A DNA stretch of 64,000 nucleotides from Macrostomum lignano (GCA_002269645.1 NIVC01000578.1:448549-512548); one strand, 5' to 3'. Numbered from the stretch's first letter, positions 34,930-47,656 are shown. The notes: generated from the letters alone by a model not told the origin. Numbers and translations are program-made.

Positions 34930-35102
34930 TTCAGTGACATTTGCTTCTCCTTCAGTGACATTTGCTTCTCCTTCAGTGACTTTTGCTTCTCTTTCAGTGA
35001 CATTTGCTTCTCTTTCAGTGACATTTGCTTCTCCTTCAGTGACTTTTGCTTTCCATTCAGTGACATTTGCTTCTCCTTTAGTGACATTTGCTTCTCCTTC
35101 AG
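34930..35102. repeat. 21-bp minisatellite
   Basis: Unit TTCAGTGACATTTGCTTCTCC, ~8 copies. Confidence 0.9.
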
Positions 35103-35285
35103 CAGTGCTCCTTAGAAATAAAAGTCAAGATGTCGCTAAATCAACCCAACGATTTGGTGCAGATAAAAAATTTCTAACGTGAAGAAATAAGTCAGTAAGG
35201 CACTGAGTATATTTAGCATAAAGATTCTTCTACAAGCCAAGATTTTTTGTTTGATAGAGATTTCTGCGTATAGAAAATATTTTTG

Positions 35286-36617
35286 CACAGCCAATCAGTC
35301 ACTGTCACAGCCAATCAGTCACTGTCACAGCCAATCAGTCACTGTCACAGCCAATCAGTCACTGTCACAGCCAATCAGTCACTGTCACAGCCAATCAGTC
35401 ACTGTCACAGCCAATCAGTCACTGTCACAGCCAATCAGTCACTGTCACAGCCAATCAGTCACTGTCACAGCCAATCAGTCACTGTCACAGCCAATCAGTC
35501 ACTGTCACAGCCAATCAGTCACTGTCACAGCCAATCAGTCACTGTCACAGCCAATCAGTCACTGTCACAGCCAATCAGTCACTGTCACAGCCAATCAGTC
35601 ACTGTCACAGCCAATCAGTCACTGTCACAGCCAATCAGTCACTGTCACAGCCAATCAGTCACTGTCACAGCCAATCAGTCACTGTCACAGCCAATCAGTC
35701 ACTGTCACAGCCAATCAGTCACTGTCACAGCCAATCAGTCACTGTCACAGCCAATCAGTCACTGTCACAGCCAATCAGTCACTGTCACAGCCAATCAGTC
35801 ACTGTCACAGCCAATCAGTCACTGTCACAGCCAATCAGTCACTGTCACAGCCAATCAGTCACTGTCACAGCCAATCAGTCACTGTCACAGCCAATCAGTC
35901 ACTGTCACAGCCAATCAGTCACTGTCACAGCCAATCAGTCACTGTCACAGCCAATCAGTCACTGTCACAGCCAATCAGTCACTGTCACAGCCAATCAGTC
36001 ACTGTCACAGCCAATCAGTCACTGTCACAGCCAATCAGTCACTGTCACAGCCAATCAGTCACTGTCACAGCCAATCAGTCACTGTCACAGCCAATCAGTC
36101 ACTGTCACAGCCAATCAGTCACTGTCACAGCCAATCAGTCACTGTCACAGCCAATCAGTCACTGTCACAGCCAATCAGTCACTGTCACAGCCAATCAGTC
36201 ACTGTCACAGCCAATCAGTCACTGTCACAGCCAATCAGTCACTGTCAGCCAATCAGTCACTGTCACAGCCAATCAGTCACTGTCACAGCCAATCAGTCAC
36301 TGTCAGCCAATCAGTCACTGTCACAGCCAATCAGTCACTGTCACAGCCAATCAGTCACTGTCAGCCAATCAGTCACTGTCACAGCCAATCAGTCACTGTC
36401 ACAGCCAATCAGTCACTGTCAGCCAATCAGTCACTGTCACAGCCAATCAGTCACTGTCACTGTCACAACCACTCAGTCACTGTCACAACCACTCAGTCAC
36501 TGTCACAGCCAATCAGTCACTGTCACTGTCACTGTCACAACCACTCAGTCACTGTCACAACCACTCAGTCACTGTCACAGCCAATCAGTCACTGTCACTG
36601 TCACTGTCACTGTCACT
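35286..36617. repeat. 20-bp satellite abutting the stop codon of paralog D
   Basis: Unit ACTGTCACAGCCAATCAGTC, ~48 perfect copies then degenerate copies grading into (ACTGTC)n. Confidence 0.95.
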
Positions 36618-38823
36618 GCCAGTTTCCACTTCACAGCCGTCCTCCGCCAGAGCTGCCGTCTCCGACCTCCACAAGCCGCTGAGGTTCACCCGCTGCCCGA
36701 AGGCCGCCTCGAGGCGCTCGTCTCTGGCGATGCAGTCGAAGCCGCAGAGATCCAGGTTGAGCAGCCACGGGCAGCCTCTGGCGATGCTGGCGACAGAGGC
36801 GGCGGTCAGCCGGTCGCATTTTGACAGGCTGAGCCGCCGCAGGCCCCTGGCGACCGGACTGGCGCACAGGTCGGCCACCGCCTCTCTCCGTGAGCACGGA
36901 CTTCCTGCAGCAGATGGCCCAGAACTCGTGCGGGTCGGGCATGGCAGCTCCGAGGCTCCGAAGGTCTCGCAGGTTCGCCCAGGCCTGGCGGGTCAGGCGG
37001 CCGCAGTCGTAGAGCTGGAGGCGGCGAAGGCGGGGCAGCCGGGAGAGCAGAGCCGGCAGCAGCTCGTCGTTGCAGCCTCCGAAAGCCAGGACGGTCAGCT
37101 GGGCTGCGGGCGAGGGTTGCAAAATGGGCGGCTTCGACACACACACTGATAGTGCCTTGAAAGGACCTATTTGTCTCATCTCCCCAAGCTCTCCCATCTC
37201 TCCAACCTCTCATCTACCCCAACCTCTCATCTCCTCCAACCTCTCATTTCCCCAACTTCTCATCTTCCCAACTTCTCATCTCCCCAACCTCTCATCTCCC
37301 CAACCTCATCTTCCCAACCTCTTATCTCCCCCACCTCTCATCTCCCCAACCTCTCTCATCTCCAAAACATCTCATCTCCCCAACCTCTCATCTCTCCAAC
37401 ATCTCATCTCCCCAAGCTCTCATCTCCCCAAGCTCTCATCCCCAATCCCAATCGCCTCCCGAGCTCAGGCAGCTCACCCGAGCAGGCACTCAGGCCGGTC
37501 AGCTGCAGTTTTGTAGTTTTGCTGCAGGGGTGGCCGGCCAGCTGCAGCAGGCGCAGACTCAGCGGCAGCGCTCTGTCCAGGCCGTCACACAGCGCATCCT
37601 TCAGCTCCAGCTCCTGAAGGCCCTGCGACAGGCGGGAGACAACCAGGCGGCAGCCCGCGGCGTCCAGCGCACTGCAGGAGGTCAGCCGTAGCCGCCAGAG
37701 CAGCGGGCTACGGTCGAGCAGGGCCGCTCAGCTTCATGCACCAGGAACCGGCACGGGAGTGGAGGCGGCCGCCGCAGCCGTCTGCCAGCACAGCGGCCAG
37801 GCTGTCCGAAAATTTCTGGTTCATCGTCAGCTCGGACAGGCGGGGCAGCCGACGCAGCAGCTCGCGCAGTTCTTGTGAATGAGGAGACCAACAGCTTCGG
37901 CTTCAGGATGGGACTGGAGCTTCAGGATGGGACTGGAGCTTCAGGATGGGACTGGAAGCTTCAGGATGGGACTGGAAGCTTCAGGATGGGACTGGAAGCT
38001 TCAGGATGGGACTGGAATTTCAATATGGGTGCTGGAGCTTCAGGATGGGACTGGAGCTTCAGGATGGGACTGGAGCTTCAGGATGGGACTGGAGCTTCAG
38101 GATGGGACTGGAGCTTCAGGATGGGACTGGAGCTTCAGGATGGGACTGGAGCTTCAGGATGGGACTGGAGCTTCAGGATGGGACTGGAATTTCAATATGG
38201 GTGCTGGAGCTTCAGGTTGGGATTGGAAGCTTCAAGATGGGACTGGAAGCTTCAGGTTGGGACTGGAAGCTTCAGGATGGGACTGGAAGCTTCAGGATAG
38301 GACTGGAAGCTTCAGTATGGGACTGGAAGCTTCAGGATGGGACTGGAGCTTCAGGATGGGACTGGAATTTCAATATGGGACTGGAATTTCAATATGGGAC
38401 TGGAAGCTTCAAGATGGGACTGGAAGCTTCAGGATGGGACTGGAAGCTTCAGGATGGGACTGAAATTTCAATATGGGACTGGAAGCTTCAGGATGGGACT
38501 GGAGCTTCAGGATGGGACTGGAAGCTTCAGGATGGGACTGGAGCTTCAGGATGGGACTGGAAGCTTCAGGATGGGACTGGAAGCTTCATAATGGGACTGG
38601 AAGCTTCAGGATGGGACTGGAAGCTTCAGGATGGGACTGGAGCTTCAGGATGGGACTGGAAGCTTCACTCAGCTCACACTCAGCCCAGGTCCCACATCAG
38701 GTCGCAGCTCACACTCAGCGCGGACTCCTAGGTCTCCCGCTCGTCTTCACCGGCCGCCTCAGCCGCCTCCAGCCGCAGAGACTTCGGCGCCGGACGCTCT
38801 TGACTCGCGCAGGCCTCCGCCAT
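36585..38823 (-). pseudogene. LRR paralog D (exons 38711-38823, 37478-37871, 36585-37103); F-box exon missing
   Basis: Exon 0 nearly identical to that of A but TCG>TAG at 38728-38730; exons 2 and 3 out of phase; only a repeat array lies where exon 1 should be. Confidence 0.8.
37900..38665. repeat. 20/21-bp minisatellite inside paralog D
   Basis: Unit GCTTCAGGATGGGACTGGA(A), with variant ATTTCAATATGGG units. Confidence 0.95.
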
Positions 38824-39084
38824 GGTGCGGCTGAAATGGTGAAGCTGCTCTCCAGTCTCTGCGAGCTCAAAGCAGGAAATCAAACACAATTTCGAGCATC
38901 GCCTGCTCTGAGAATAAAAAAAAAACATGCAGGATCTTTGTTGTTCTCATAGGACACTCTGAGCAAGTTTATTTTGCTCATAGACACTCTGAGACTTGAA
39001 AGGCAGTCCGCAATGACAGTTTACATAAAAAATGTGACGAATAATGAAATTTTGATTGCGAGTCACCCTCATGAGTCACCCACT

Positions 39085-39366
39085 ACCCACCTCATCAGTC
39101 ACCCACAGCCCACCTCATCAGTCACCCACTGCCCACCTCATCAGTCACCCACTGCCCACCTCATCAGTCACCCACTGCCCACCTCATCAGTCACCCACTG
39201 CCCACCTCATCAGTCACCCACTGCCCACCTCATCAGTCACCCACTGCCCACCTCATCAGTCACCCACTGCCCACCTCATCAGTCACCCACTGCCCACCTC
39301 ATCAGTCACCCACTGCCCACCTCATCAGTCACCCACTGCCCACCTCATCAGTCACCCACTGCCCAC
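39085..39366. repeat. 23-bp minisatellite 3' of paralog E
   Basis: Unit CCACTGCCCACCTCATCAGTCAC, ~12 copies. Confidence 0.95.
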
Positions 39367-39511
39367 TGTCGCTACAAATTAAAAATCTGAGCTTTACAGA
39401 GTAAAATGAGCAGCAAAGCCAGGAAGCGGCAGCTCAGTGCCAACAATAGAATCATAAAAACAGCCATATTGGAGCCGGCAAGCTGGTGAAGAAGTTGCTA
39501 ACAAAATGAGT

Positions 39512-41328
39512 TCACAGGGGCCCGTGATTCGTCACCGTCACGCAGTGCTCAAAAGACAGCCGGAAAGCCTGCAGGTCGGCCTGCCCGAAGCCGCTCCCGG
39601 CCAGGACCAGGCGGGTCAGCAGCGGGCAGCCGCTGGCGATGCTGGCCAGCGAGGCGGCGGTCAGCTGGCTGCAGTCAAATGACAGGCTGAGGCGCCGCAG
39701 GCCCCTGGCAACCGGACTGGCGCACAGGTCGGCCACCGCCTCATCAGTGAGGCTGCGCCTGCTGCACCTGTGAGCACGCAGCTCGTGCAGGTCGGGGGTG
39801 GCAGCTCCGAGGCTCTGCAGACGTCGCAGATTCGCCCAGGCCTGGCGGTTCAGGCGGCTGCAGTCGGTGAGGTGGAGACAGCGCAGGCGGGGCAGCCGGG
39901 AGAGCAGAGCCGGCAGCAGGTCGTCAGTGCAGAAGTCCAGGGTTAAAAAAGTCAGGCCTGCAGATATGAGCAGGTTATGACTGGTTCCTAACATGCATGA
40001 GCAGCCACCAGCCCACACCAGCAACAGACCCGCTCACCTTAGCAGCCACCAGCAACAGACCCGCTCACCTTAGCAGCCACCAGCAACAGACCCGCTCACC
40101 TTAGCAGCCACCAGCAACAGACCCGCTCACCTTAGCAGCCACCAGCAACAGACCCGCTCACCTTAGCAGCCACCAGCAACAGACCCGCTCACCTGGGCAG
40201 CTGGCCAGCAGCTCCATCAGGCGCAGCTGATCCGCACGTGGCGGGAGTCCCTCCAGCCGCAGCCGCCGCAGGTTCGGCGGCAGCACAGCAGGTGGGCCGA
40301 CGCCGGCTCGGCAGCTCCAATCCGCGTGCTCAAAGCTCAGGCCCAGGTCTGTCAGACCCGCCGGCAGGGCTCGCAGGATCGCGCAGGCATGGCAGTCCAA
40401 CACGAAGACCCTGGCTGACGACTTCAGCCGGAAGCTTCGCAGCTGCGGCATGCGGGCCAGCAGCGGAGGCACCGAGGCGGCGTCCACAAAGCGGCTGTCG
40501 ATGCGGAGGCAGCGAAGCCGGGCCGCGCCGCCTAGCAGCTGCAGGTCGCTTGCTGAGCGGCACCAGTTCCGGCACCGAAGCCGCAGGTCGGTCAGCTCTG
40601 GCATCCGGGACAGCGGAGTCAGCAAATCTTTAGGAGCGATGGAAGTTCAGGTAAAGTCCGTCAAACAGGTCTCAGAAACCCCTGAAAGACTCACTGGACA
40701 GCTCAGCGCCGCAGGTGGCGAAGCTGGTGAGCAGCGGACACTCGGGCAGGTCTCGGAGCATCGGAGCAGCGCTGCTCCAGCTTCTCACTGACAGGCTGGC
40801 GAGGCGGCAGACCTGCTCAGCCAACAGCTGCTGGCTGCAGCTCCACCCGACCGCATCGCAGGCGGCTGTTCGGCTGTCCATCTGCAGCAGCGAGAGGCGC
40901 GGGCAGCCGGTCAGCAGGCAGCTTAGAGACTCGTCAGACAGGCCGTTTCGACAATCAACGAGGCGCAGCTCCAGCAGGCCGGGGCAGCTGCGGCCCGCCT
41001 CCGTCACGGCCAGCTGGGCGGGTGGTTGATCCATGTCCCGCAGGCTGAGGCAGGTGAGGCTGGCGGATGCGGCCAGCAGCAGTGGCAGCCGCTGCTCGGC
41101 TGTCAGCCCGCAGGCCGAGATCTCCCGCACGCTGCCGCCCAGCCAGTCTCTGAGCCGCTCCATCAGCTCGGCATCTGCGGTGCGGCCGTCAATGCGGATT
41201 TTGCGCCACAGCCGCGGCTGCGTGGCGAGCCGCCGCCAGCGCCTGCTCAGCTGAGCGCACCGGCCGAGGCTGGTCTGGTCCAGCTCGGACAGGATCTGCG
41301 TGAGCAGCACCTCTGGTAGCTGCTCCAG
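39512..41328 (-). CDS. F-box/LRR paralog E (exons 40695-41328, 40193-40627, 39512-39957); start uncertain
   Basis: Exon lengths 634/435/446 in phase with no stops; begins at a ttacag| acceptor; no in-frame upstream ATG. Confidence 0.75.
40019..40192. repeat. 31-bp minisatellite repeating the paralog E intron-2 donor
   Basis: Minus unit GTGAGCGGGTCTGTTGCTGGTGGCTGCTAAG gives five extra AAG|GTGAGC sites. Confidence 0.95.
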
Positions 41329-41725
41329 CTGTAACAAAGAAAACAGAATATTTGAAGAAACAGGCAGAAGCAACCGCCTCCTGTTGTCAAGAAGCAACAA
41401 AAATGAAAAAAATTGATCAAGAACTGCAATAACGCTGCGCACGCATCAAATACTGCCACATCGAGAAAGTGCATTGATTTCCTATCATTATTTCTAATTG
41501 GTGGTTGGCTCACCACAACAGGTTTACAAGTAAACAGGTTAACATGTTACTTGAAGTAAATATAAGATTAGGGGGTTGCGTCAGCAATACTATTTTGAAA
41601 CTGCTCACTCTGCTCATGGGGCACAACAGTGCGCATTTTTGAAAACAAGTCCCTTATTGGGGAATGCAGCTTCTTTAGATCAAAAAAAAACAAATTTACA
41701 CATTTTGCTGGTCCAAGTTGTGAAA

Positions 41726-42072
41726 AAGTTGCAGAGCTGAAGGGAGGCACTTGCAGAGCTGAAGGGAGGCAGTTGCAGAGCTGAAGGGAGGCAGTTGCAG
41801 AGCTGAAGGAAGGCAGTTGCAGAGCTGAAGGGAGGTAGTTGCAGAGCTGAAGGGAGGCAGTTGCAGAGCTGAAGGGAGGCAGTTGCAGATCTGAAAGGAG
41901 GCAGTTGCAGAGCTGAAGGGAGGCAGTTGCAGAGCTGAAGGGAGGCAGTTGCAGAGCTGAAGTTGCAGAGCAGTTGCAGAGCTGAAGGGAGGCAGTTGCA
42001 GAGCTGAAGGGAGGCAGTTGCAGAGCTGAAGGGAGGCAGTTGCAGAGCTGAAGGGAGTCAGTTGCAGAGCTG
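41726..42072. repeat. 22-bp minisatellite 3' of paralog F
   Basis: Same unit as after A and C. Confidence 0.9.
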
Positions 42073-42079
42073 GGAGTTG

Positions 42080-44423
42080 CTACGGTTGCAGCCAGAAAGC
42101 AGTCAAGTCGATGCTCAGCTCGAAGGCCGCCTCGATGCGCTCATCGCGGGGGACTCGCCTGAAGCCCTCCAGCTGGAGCTCAGTGAGCCACGGGCAGCCG
42201 CTGGCGATGCTGGCGAGGGCGGCGGCAGTCCACTGGCTGCAGTCGGACAGGCGGAGCCGCCGCAGTCCCCTGGCAACCGGACTGGCGCACAGGTCGGCCA
42301 TCGCATCATCAGTGAGGCTGGAGCCAGCGCAACCGAGGGCCCGGAACTCCATCAGATCGAGTGGCCAGGCTGCGAGGCTTTGCAGATTCGCCCAGGCCTG
42401 GCGAGTCAGGAGGCTGCAGTTGTGGATGTGGAGGCAGCGCAGGTGGGGCAGCCGGGAGAGCAGAGCCGGCAGCAGGTCGTCAATGCCCGCCTCCAGCTCA
42501 ACATGGGTCAACGCTGCAGTTAAATGGAATTTATAGCTGTCAGTGTGAGCATCTGGGAGAGCAGTCAGCAGTCTGAGCATCTTGGAGAGCAGCAGTCTGA
42601 GCATCTGGGACAGCAGTCAGCAGTCTGAGCATCTGGGAGAGCAGCAGTCTGGGCATCTGGGAGAGGAGCAGTCTGAGCATCTGGGAGAGGAGCAGTCTGA
42701 GCATCTGGGAGAGCAGCAGTCTGAGCATCTGGGAGAGGAGCAGTCTGAGCATCTGGGAGAGCAGCAGTCTGAGCATCAATCCAGGTATCTACCAAAGGAG
42801 CGGCAAGGTGAGCGGGACTCACCTGGACAGCCGCTGAGAGCGCCAGACAACCGAAAGCTCCATGGCGCATCAAAGAACGACCCCGTGAGCTGCAGCCGCT
42901 GAAGCCCTAGCGGCAGCGGACCGCTCTGCCCAGCTCCGAACGAGCACCGATTTCCGTGAATCTTAACTTCAGGTCCGCAAGGCCGGCAGGCAGGCAGCGG
43001 AGGATCTGGCGGAAGTGCTTTTCTGAGGCTTGGTAAGACACCAAACGCAGACTCTCAAGTGAGGGCAGGCTGGGCAGCAGCCACAATGCTATCTCCGTAT
43101 TCTCGTCACGTGACCCCTCGCAGTCAAGGCTCAGGTGCCTCAGGCCGGGCACGGGCGCAGGGTGCCGGTCGGGCTCGAGGTCGAAGGTGTTGCCGCAACT
43201 TGTCACTCGCAGCTCCGTCAGGTTCGGCGCGATGCTCAGCACGCGGGGCAACTCTGGAGAGTGGCGAGTTCAGCGAGGGCATTGAATAAAGGACCACCGG
43301 CAGTCAAGCTATTCAATAATTCTATGGAAATTTGTTTGAAAGCCTGTCTGAACTTAAGAAGATAAAGTAAATCCAGTATGGGTTGAGTCCCGGGCGGTTT
43401 CACAAGTCCATCGAATTGGATTTAGAGTAAGCACTAGTATAGAAGAGTGGCAAGCGCAAAGAAGTCCAGTAGATATCCGTTCTTCTTATCTTTCGAGTTG
43501 TCTTTAGAACAGGCTTTTCTAGACAAATGCCTTAAAGTAAAGGTGGGGCGGCCCGTGCTGTGAGATGGGGAATTCAGCAGCTCTGATGCATTTCTAAGCA
43601 GCACCGGGGCTTCCAGCAGATTCCCATGCACGGGGGTGCCAGGAGCGTGACTGTATTGGATTGGAACGGCGGTTCCTGCATACTAGCCCAGTGAAAAACT
43701 AGCGGCACTGACCGAAGCCGCGGCTGGCTGACAGCCCCACCGACAACACGGAGAGCCGGGGACACTCTGTCAGATCAGCAAGGAGCTCAGAAGCATCGAT
43801 GTCCGGCAGGTGCAGCGCCGTGAGGCGGCCGATGAGCTCAACGAACAGCTGGCGCACCGAACGGTCCTGCCAGTCAGCAAACGCGTCAGTGGCACTGCCG
43901 AGAATTTCCAGCAGCGAGAGGCGCGGGCAGCCGGACAGCAGGCTGCTCAGCGAGGCGGCCGACAACGACTTCTGGCAGTCGGTGATGCTCAGCTCCAGCA
44001 GGCCGGGGCACCTCCTCCGTCACCGCAGCGTCGCCATGCACCTCCCGCAGGCTGAGGCAGGTGAGGCTGGCGGATGCAGACAACAGCAGTGGCAGCCGGT
44101 TCTCGGCTGTCAGCCCCCAGGCCGAGATCTCCCGCACGCTGCCGCCCAGCCAGTCTCTGAGCCGCTCCATCAGCCCAGCATCCACGGCGTCGCCATCAAT
44201 GCGGATTTTGCGCCACAGCCGCGAGCCGCCACCAGCGCCTGCTCAGCTGAGCGCACCGGCCGAGGCTGGTCTGGTCCAGCTCGGACAGGATCTGCGTGAG
44301 CAGCTCCTCTGGCAGCTGCTCCAAGTGAAAGGGAGAACTGCCGGGTTCGAATTCTCCAGCCGCCTCCATTCGCAGGCGTTTCCGGACCGGAGCCTCCAGA
44401 TCGAAGCTCACAGAATGAGTCAT
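42080..44423 (-). pseudogene. F-box/LRR paralog F (exons 43713-44423, 42823-43253, 42080-42513)
   Basis: Closest to C; frameshifting deletions in exon 1 (after the F-box and near 44010) and a 1-bp deletion in exon 2; degenerate 24-bp repeat in intron 2. Confidence 0.85.
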
Positions 44424-45236
44424 CTGTAAAGCCATAAAGTGGCAAAGGCAGCCAGTGGCTGCTGCAGCCCCAGTGGTTAGAAAAATTGGGGCGTACCCTC
44501 TAGGCCGGCGCCCCGGCGGCCCTCAAGGGTACGCCCCATCCCGCAAGATAAAAGTTTGTAGGTTTTCTTCTTTGTGCGTATGAAATATTTTTGTGAGGAA
44601 ATTATGTAAAGAGCAGAATTTTTAAAGTTGATTTTTTTAGTTTCGGGTGTTTTTGTGCTCAAACCTGACAGTACGCCTTTCAGTACGTGCAGTGGACAGT
44701 GGGGCGAACTATTGATATCCTTATTAATTATTTTCTTGTATAATGAGCTCATTATTTATTTGCATTGACCAATCCTCATACTACAGCTAACTTGAACTTT
44801 TAACCCTTTGAGCAGCCATCTCTTTGAAAAAATTGCTGCAAGCTCCAAAGTGGGGTATAGGCGACTCGTGCAAATTTTTCTGAGTTTCATACACTTCAGA
44901 AATTGGATGTGAACGCAAAAGTGTGCGTTTTAGCCTACCTACTTATAAGTAATACCTTTTGATCTTCGAAATCAACGCAACAAAAAATATATTTTTAATA
45001 CTCCACTACTTAAGCACTAGCGCATGTACAATGTTGCTTGTATTCTTAAGTTTTCATTTAGATGAGTCCGATTTGGTGGTCAATTCAGGATTTTTAAAGT
45101 AGTGGGGGCAGATTTGCCCAAATTTTTGTTTTGGCCTAAAAAGCCAAAGTAAGCTCAAAATTTACCCCCCTTATATGCAAGTCTAGCCATGGCAAAGGGG
45201 GCGGCCGCCGGGTCTACTACATCTACGAGTACATTT

Positions 45237-45462
45237 GACCGCCACAATTTGATCGCCGTTCTATTCAAGGTGAAATAGGGCGGCGGGCAAATTGTCTGGC
45301 GGGCAAATTGTCTGGCGGGCAAATTGTCTGGCGGGCAAATTGTCTGGCGGGCAAATTGTCTGGCGGGCAAATTGTCTGGCGGGCAAATTGTCTGGCGGGC
45401 AAATTGTCTGGCGGGAAAATTGTCTGGCGGGAAAATTGTCTGGCGGGCAAATTGTGGCGGTC
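45237..45462. mobile_element. MITE with 15-bp TIR and 16-bp internal repeats
   Basis: GACCGCCACAATTTG / CAAATTGTGGCGGTC perfect inverted repeat; ~10 copies of GGCGGGCAAATTGTCT; no TSD seen. Confidence 0.7.
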
Positions 45463-46338
45463 TCCGCTGTCGGTCTCCCGCGGCCGCGCCCCCCCCCTTG
45501 GATAGTGGCGTAAATAAATACTCATTTCAAAGTTTTACATGTAAGTAGGCGGCATACCCTTGCACAAGGTTGCATAATTATTTGAAAGCCGTATGCTTGT
45601 ATGGGGTGGACAGTTGACAGTCAAAATGCCTATATCTACATGTACCTCCATACAGTAATACTTTTCCTATTAAACAACAATTAAGGTCAAAGATAACATA
45701 TGCGTATGCCAGCAAAGGTTTAAAATTTTCAATAATTAATTGTACGGTACAATGCGATAGCAAAACAAACTAATCTTAGATGCAGCTATTATCTAGAATC
45801 TCGATTTATCTTCCAGAATTTTAGAGAAATACAACTAGGACAGGGGAAATCCCGGAAAATCAATCAGGTTTGCCAAGCTGTATTAAAGGGGGACCAAGCG
45901 CATTTTTACCAAAATACAGAGCCACCCCTCCGCCCCCCTTGGGTCTTTACCCTTCAGAATCCGCCCCCCCCCCACATAAGAAATTTCTGCTTGCGCCACT
46001 GCTAACAGTTCAAGTAATTCTGGAGAGCACAGAGTGCTGTCTAGAGAAGCTGTTCAGGCTTGGCACAACGCGCCCGCCAAAATTTTGTTAATGTCAACTT
46101 TTGCTCATTGTAATGTTCGAAATTCCTTGCCAGGGATTGGCTAACTATTTTACTTTAAGTGCCAGATAGAGAATCTAGCTCAAGACTGCGGGCCAGAAGG
46201 AGGAGAGTGGAGGGGAGAGGGGAGAGATGTGAGATGTGAGAGGAGGGAAGAGAGGAGAGAGGCGAGATGAGAGAAAGAAGGGAGATAAGGGGAGAGAGGA
46301 GAGAGGCGAAAGGAGAGATGTCAGAGGAAGGGAGCAAG

Positions 46339-46533
46339 CAGTAGCGCAACCAGAAATTTTTTGAGGGGGGGCGGATTCTGGAAGGTAAAGTCCCGTGAGG
46401 GGGGCGAATGGGAGGCTCTGTTTTTGGCGAAAATTCGCTTGGTCCCCCTTCAATTTTTTCTGAGTCTCCGCCTAAGGGGGGGGACCGCCCCCCCCCCCAC
46501 GCCCCCCCCCCCCCCCCCCTGGTTGCGCCACTG
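46339..46533. mobile_element. hAT-type MITE
   Basis: TIR CAGTAGCGCAACCAG / CTGGTTGCGCCACTG (14/15 match) and 8-bp TSD GGAGCAAG. Confidence 0.85.
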
Positions 46534-47602
46534 GGAGCAAGGAAAGAGGGGAAAGGAGGAGAGAGGGGAGATTTTGATGAGAAAAGGAGAAGAAATTAGC
46601 AAAAAGCTGAGAAGAGATGCAAACCTTGAGCGGGCTGGATTGTTATTGGCATGGGAAGTTAGAAAGGACCCGAGGGCCGGATAGAGAGACTGCGGGCCGC
46701 ATGTGGCCCGTGGGCTGGAGTTTGCTGACCCCTGCAGCCTGCAGTAGGCTATGCATGACGGGCCCAGTTAAGTGCATAATGGCAAATAAGAGACATGGGA
46801 GATTGGAGATAGGAGACTGTCTCCCCTGTCTCCCCTTCATTTATCTCCCCGATTACGAGTAGGGCACAGTCACTCAGTCACATTTTGATACATAGACATA
46901 GATATTTTCTCAGTTTTCATATTCATAGGCGGTCAGAGCTCAAATGGGACAGGTCATGAATAAATAACAATCTAACCCCCGCCTTGTCATTTTTCCGGAT
47001 GAATAAATCCACTGAATCATAAAGGTTTCAAAGTGCATTTGCGTTCTCATGACAGTTTTTGCCACTCAATTATTCTAGTCTTACTGAATCCCCGAGTTAA
47101 CAGAAAATTATAGCTCGGCGCACGTCCGCCAGCTTGAATATTCTCGCTATATTGTTCTCTATTTGCGATCGTCTTTTACAACCCGACATCAATAAAACCT
47201 GTGTGGGCTTTATCTCTCATTAACAGAAATCTCTCATCAATTATAGCCTGTATAAAGCTTACTCATTTAGAGTTGCTCTTAGAAAAATGTTTTGAATTTC
47301 CTGGCCAGTGGCAATAACCCGTAATGACAGGGCAATGCAAGGAATTATTTTAACCTAGAGGTGACAGCTAATTTTGGCCAATTCATTTCAGTTGGGGTGG
47401 GGGGGTTAGAAGAAAGGCTAGAGAAGTGATATGGGAATTTCTACGTTGTACCGTTCTTGCCTGCTTAAGCGAACCTATGCGAAACAAACAAACTGTCCTG
47501 ACTCCTTATCAGTGCAGGTCATCAAGTTTTTTCTATTCCCATATTGCACCAAAGATAAAGGAAGAACAAAGACGAATTTCGTGCGAGGCTTGACAAGGTC
47601 TG

Positions 47603-47605
<3 letters not shown>

Positions 47606-47656
<51 letters not shown>
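47606..47656. repeat. (TA)n microsatellite
   Basis: About 25 TA units. Confidence 0.95.

Noticed and set aside
35251-37149. 632-aa and 513-aa plus-strand ORFs
   Set aside because: Translations of the 20-bp satellite plus antisense of paralog D.
37875-38731. Overlapping GWDW/MGLE repeat ORFs
   Set aside because: All three frames are open only because of the 20/21-bp repeat.
41500-41550. Conserved TACTTCAAGTA(A/C)CATG upstream of E and B as the missing start exon
   Set aside because: The nearest donors give phase 2 (E) and phase 1 (B), not the required phase 0.
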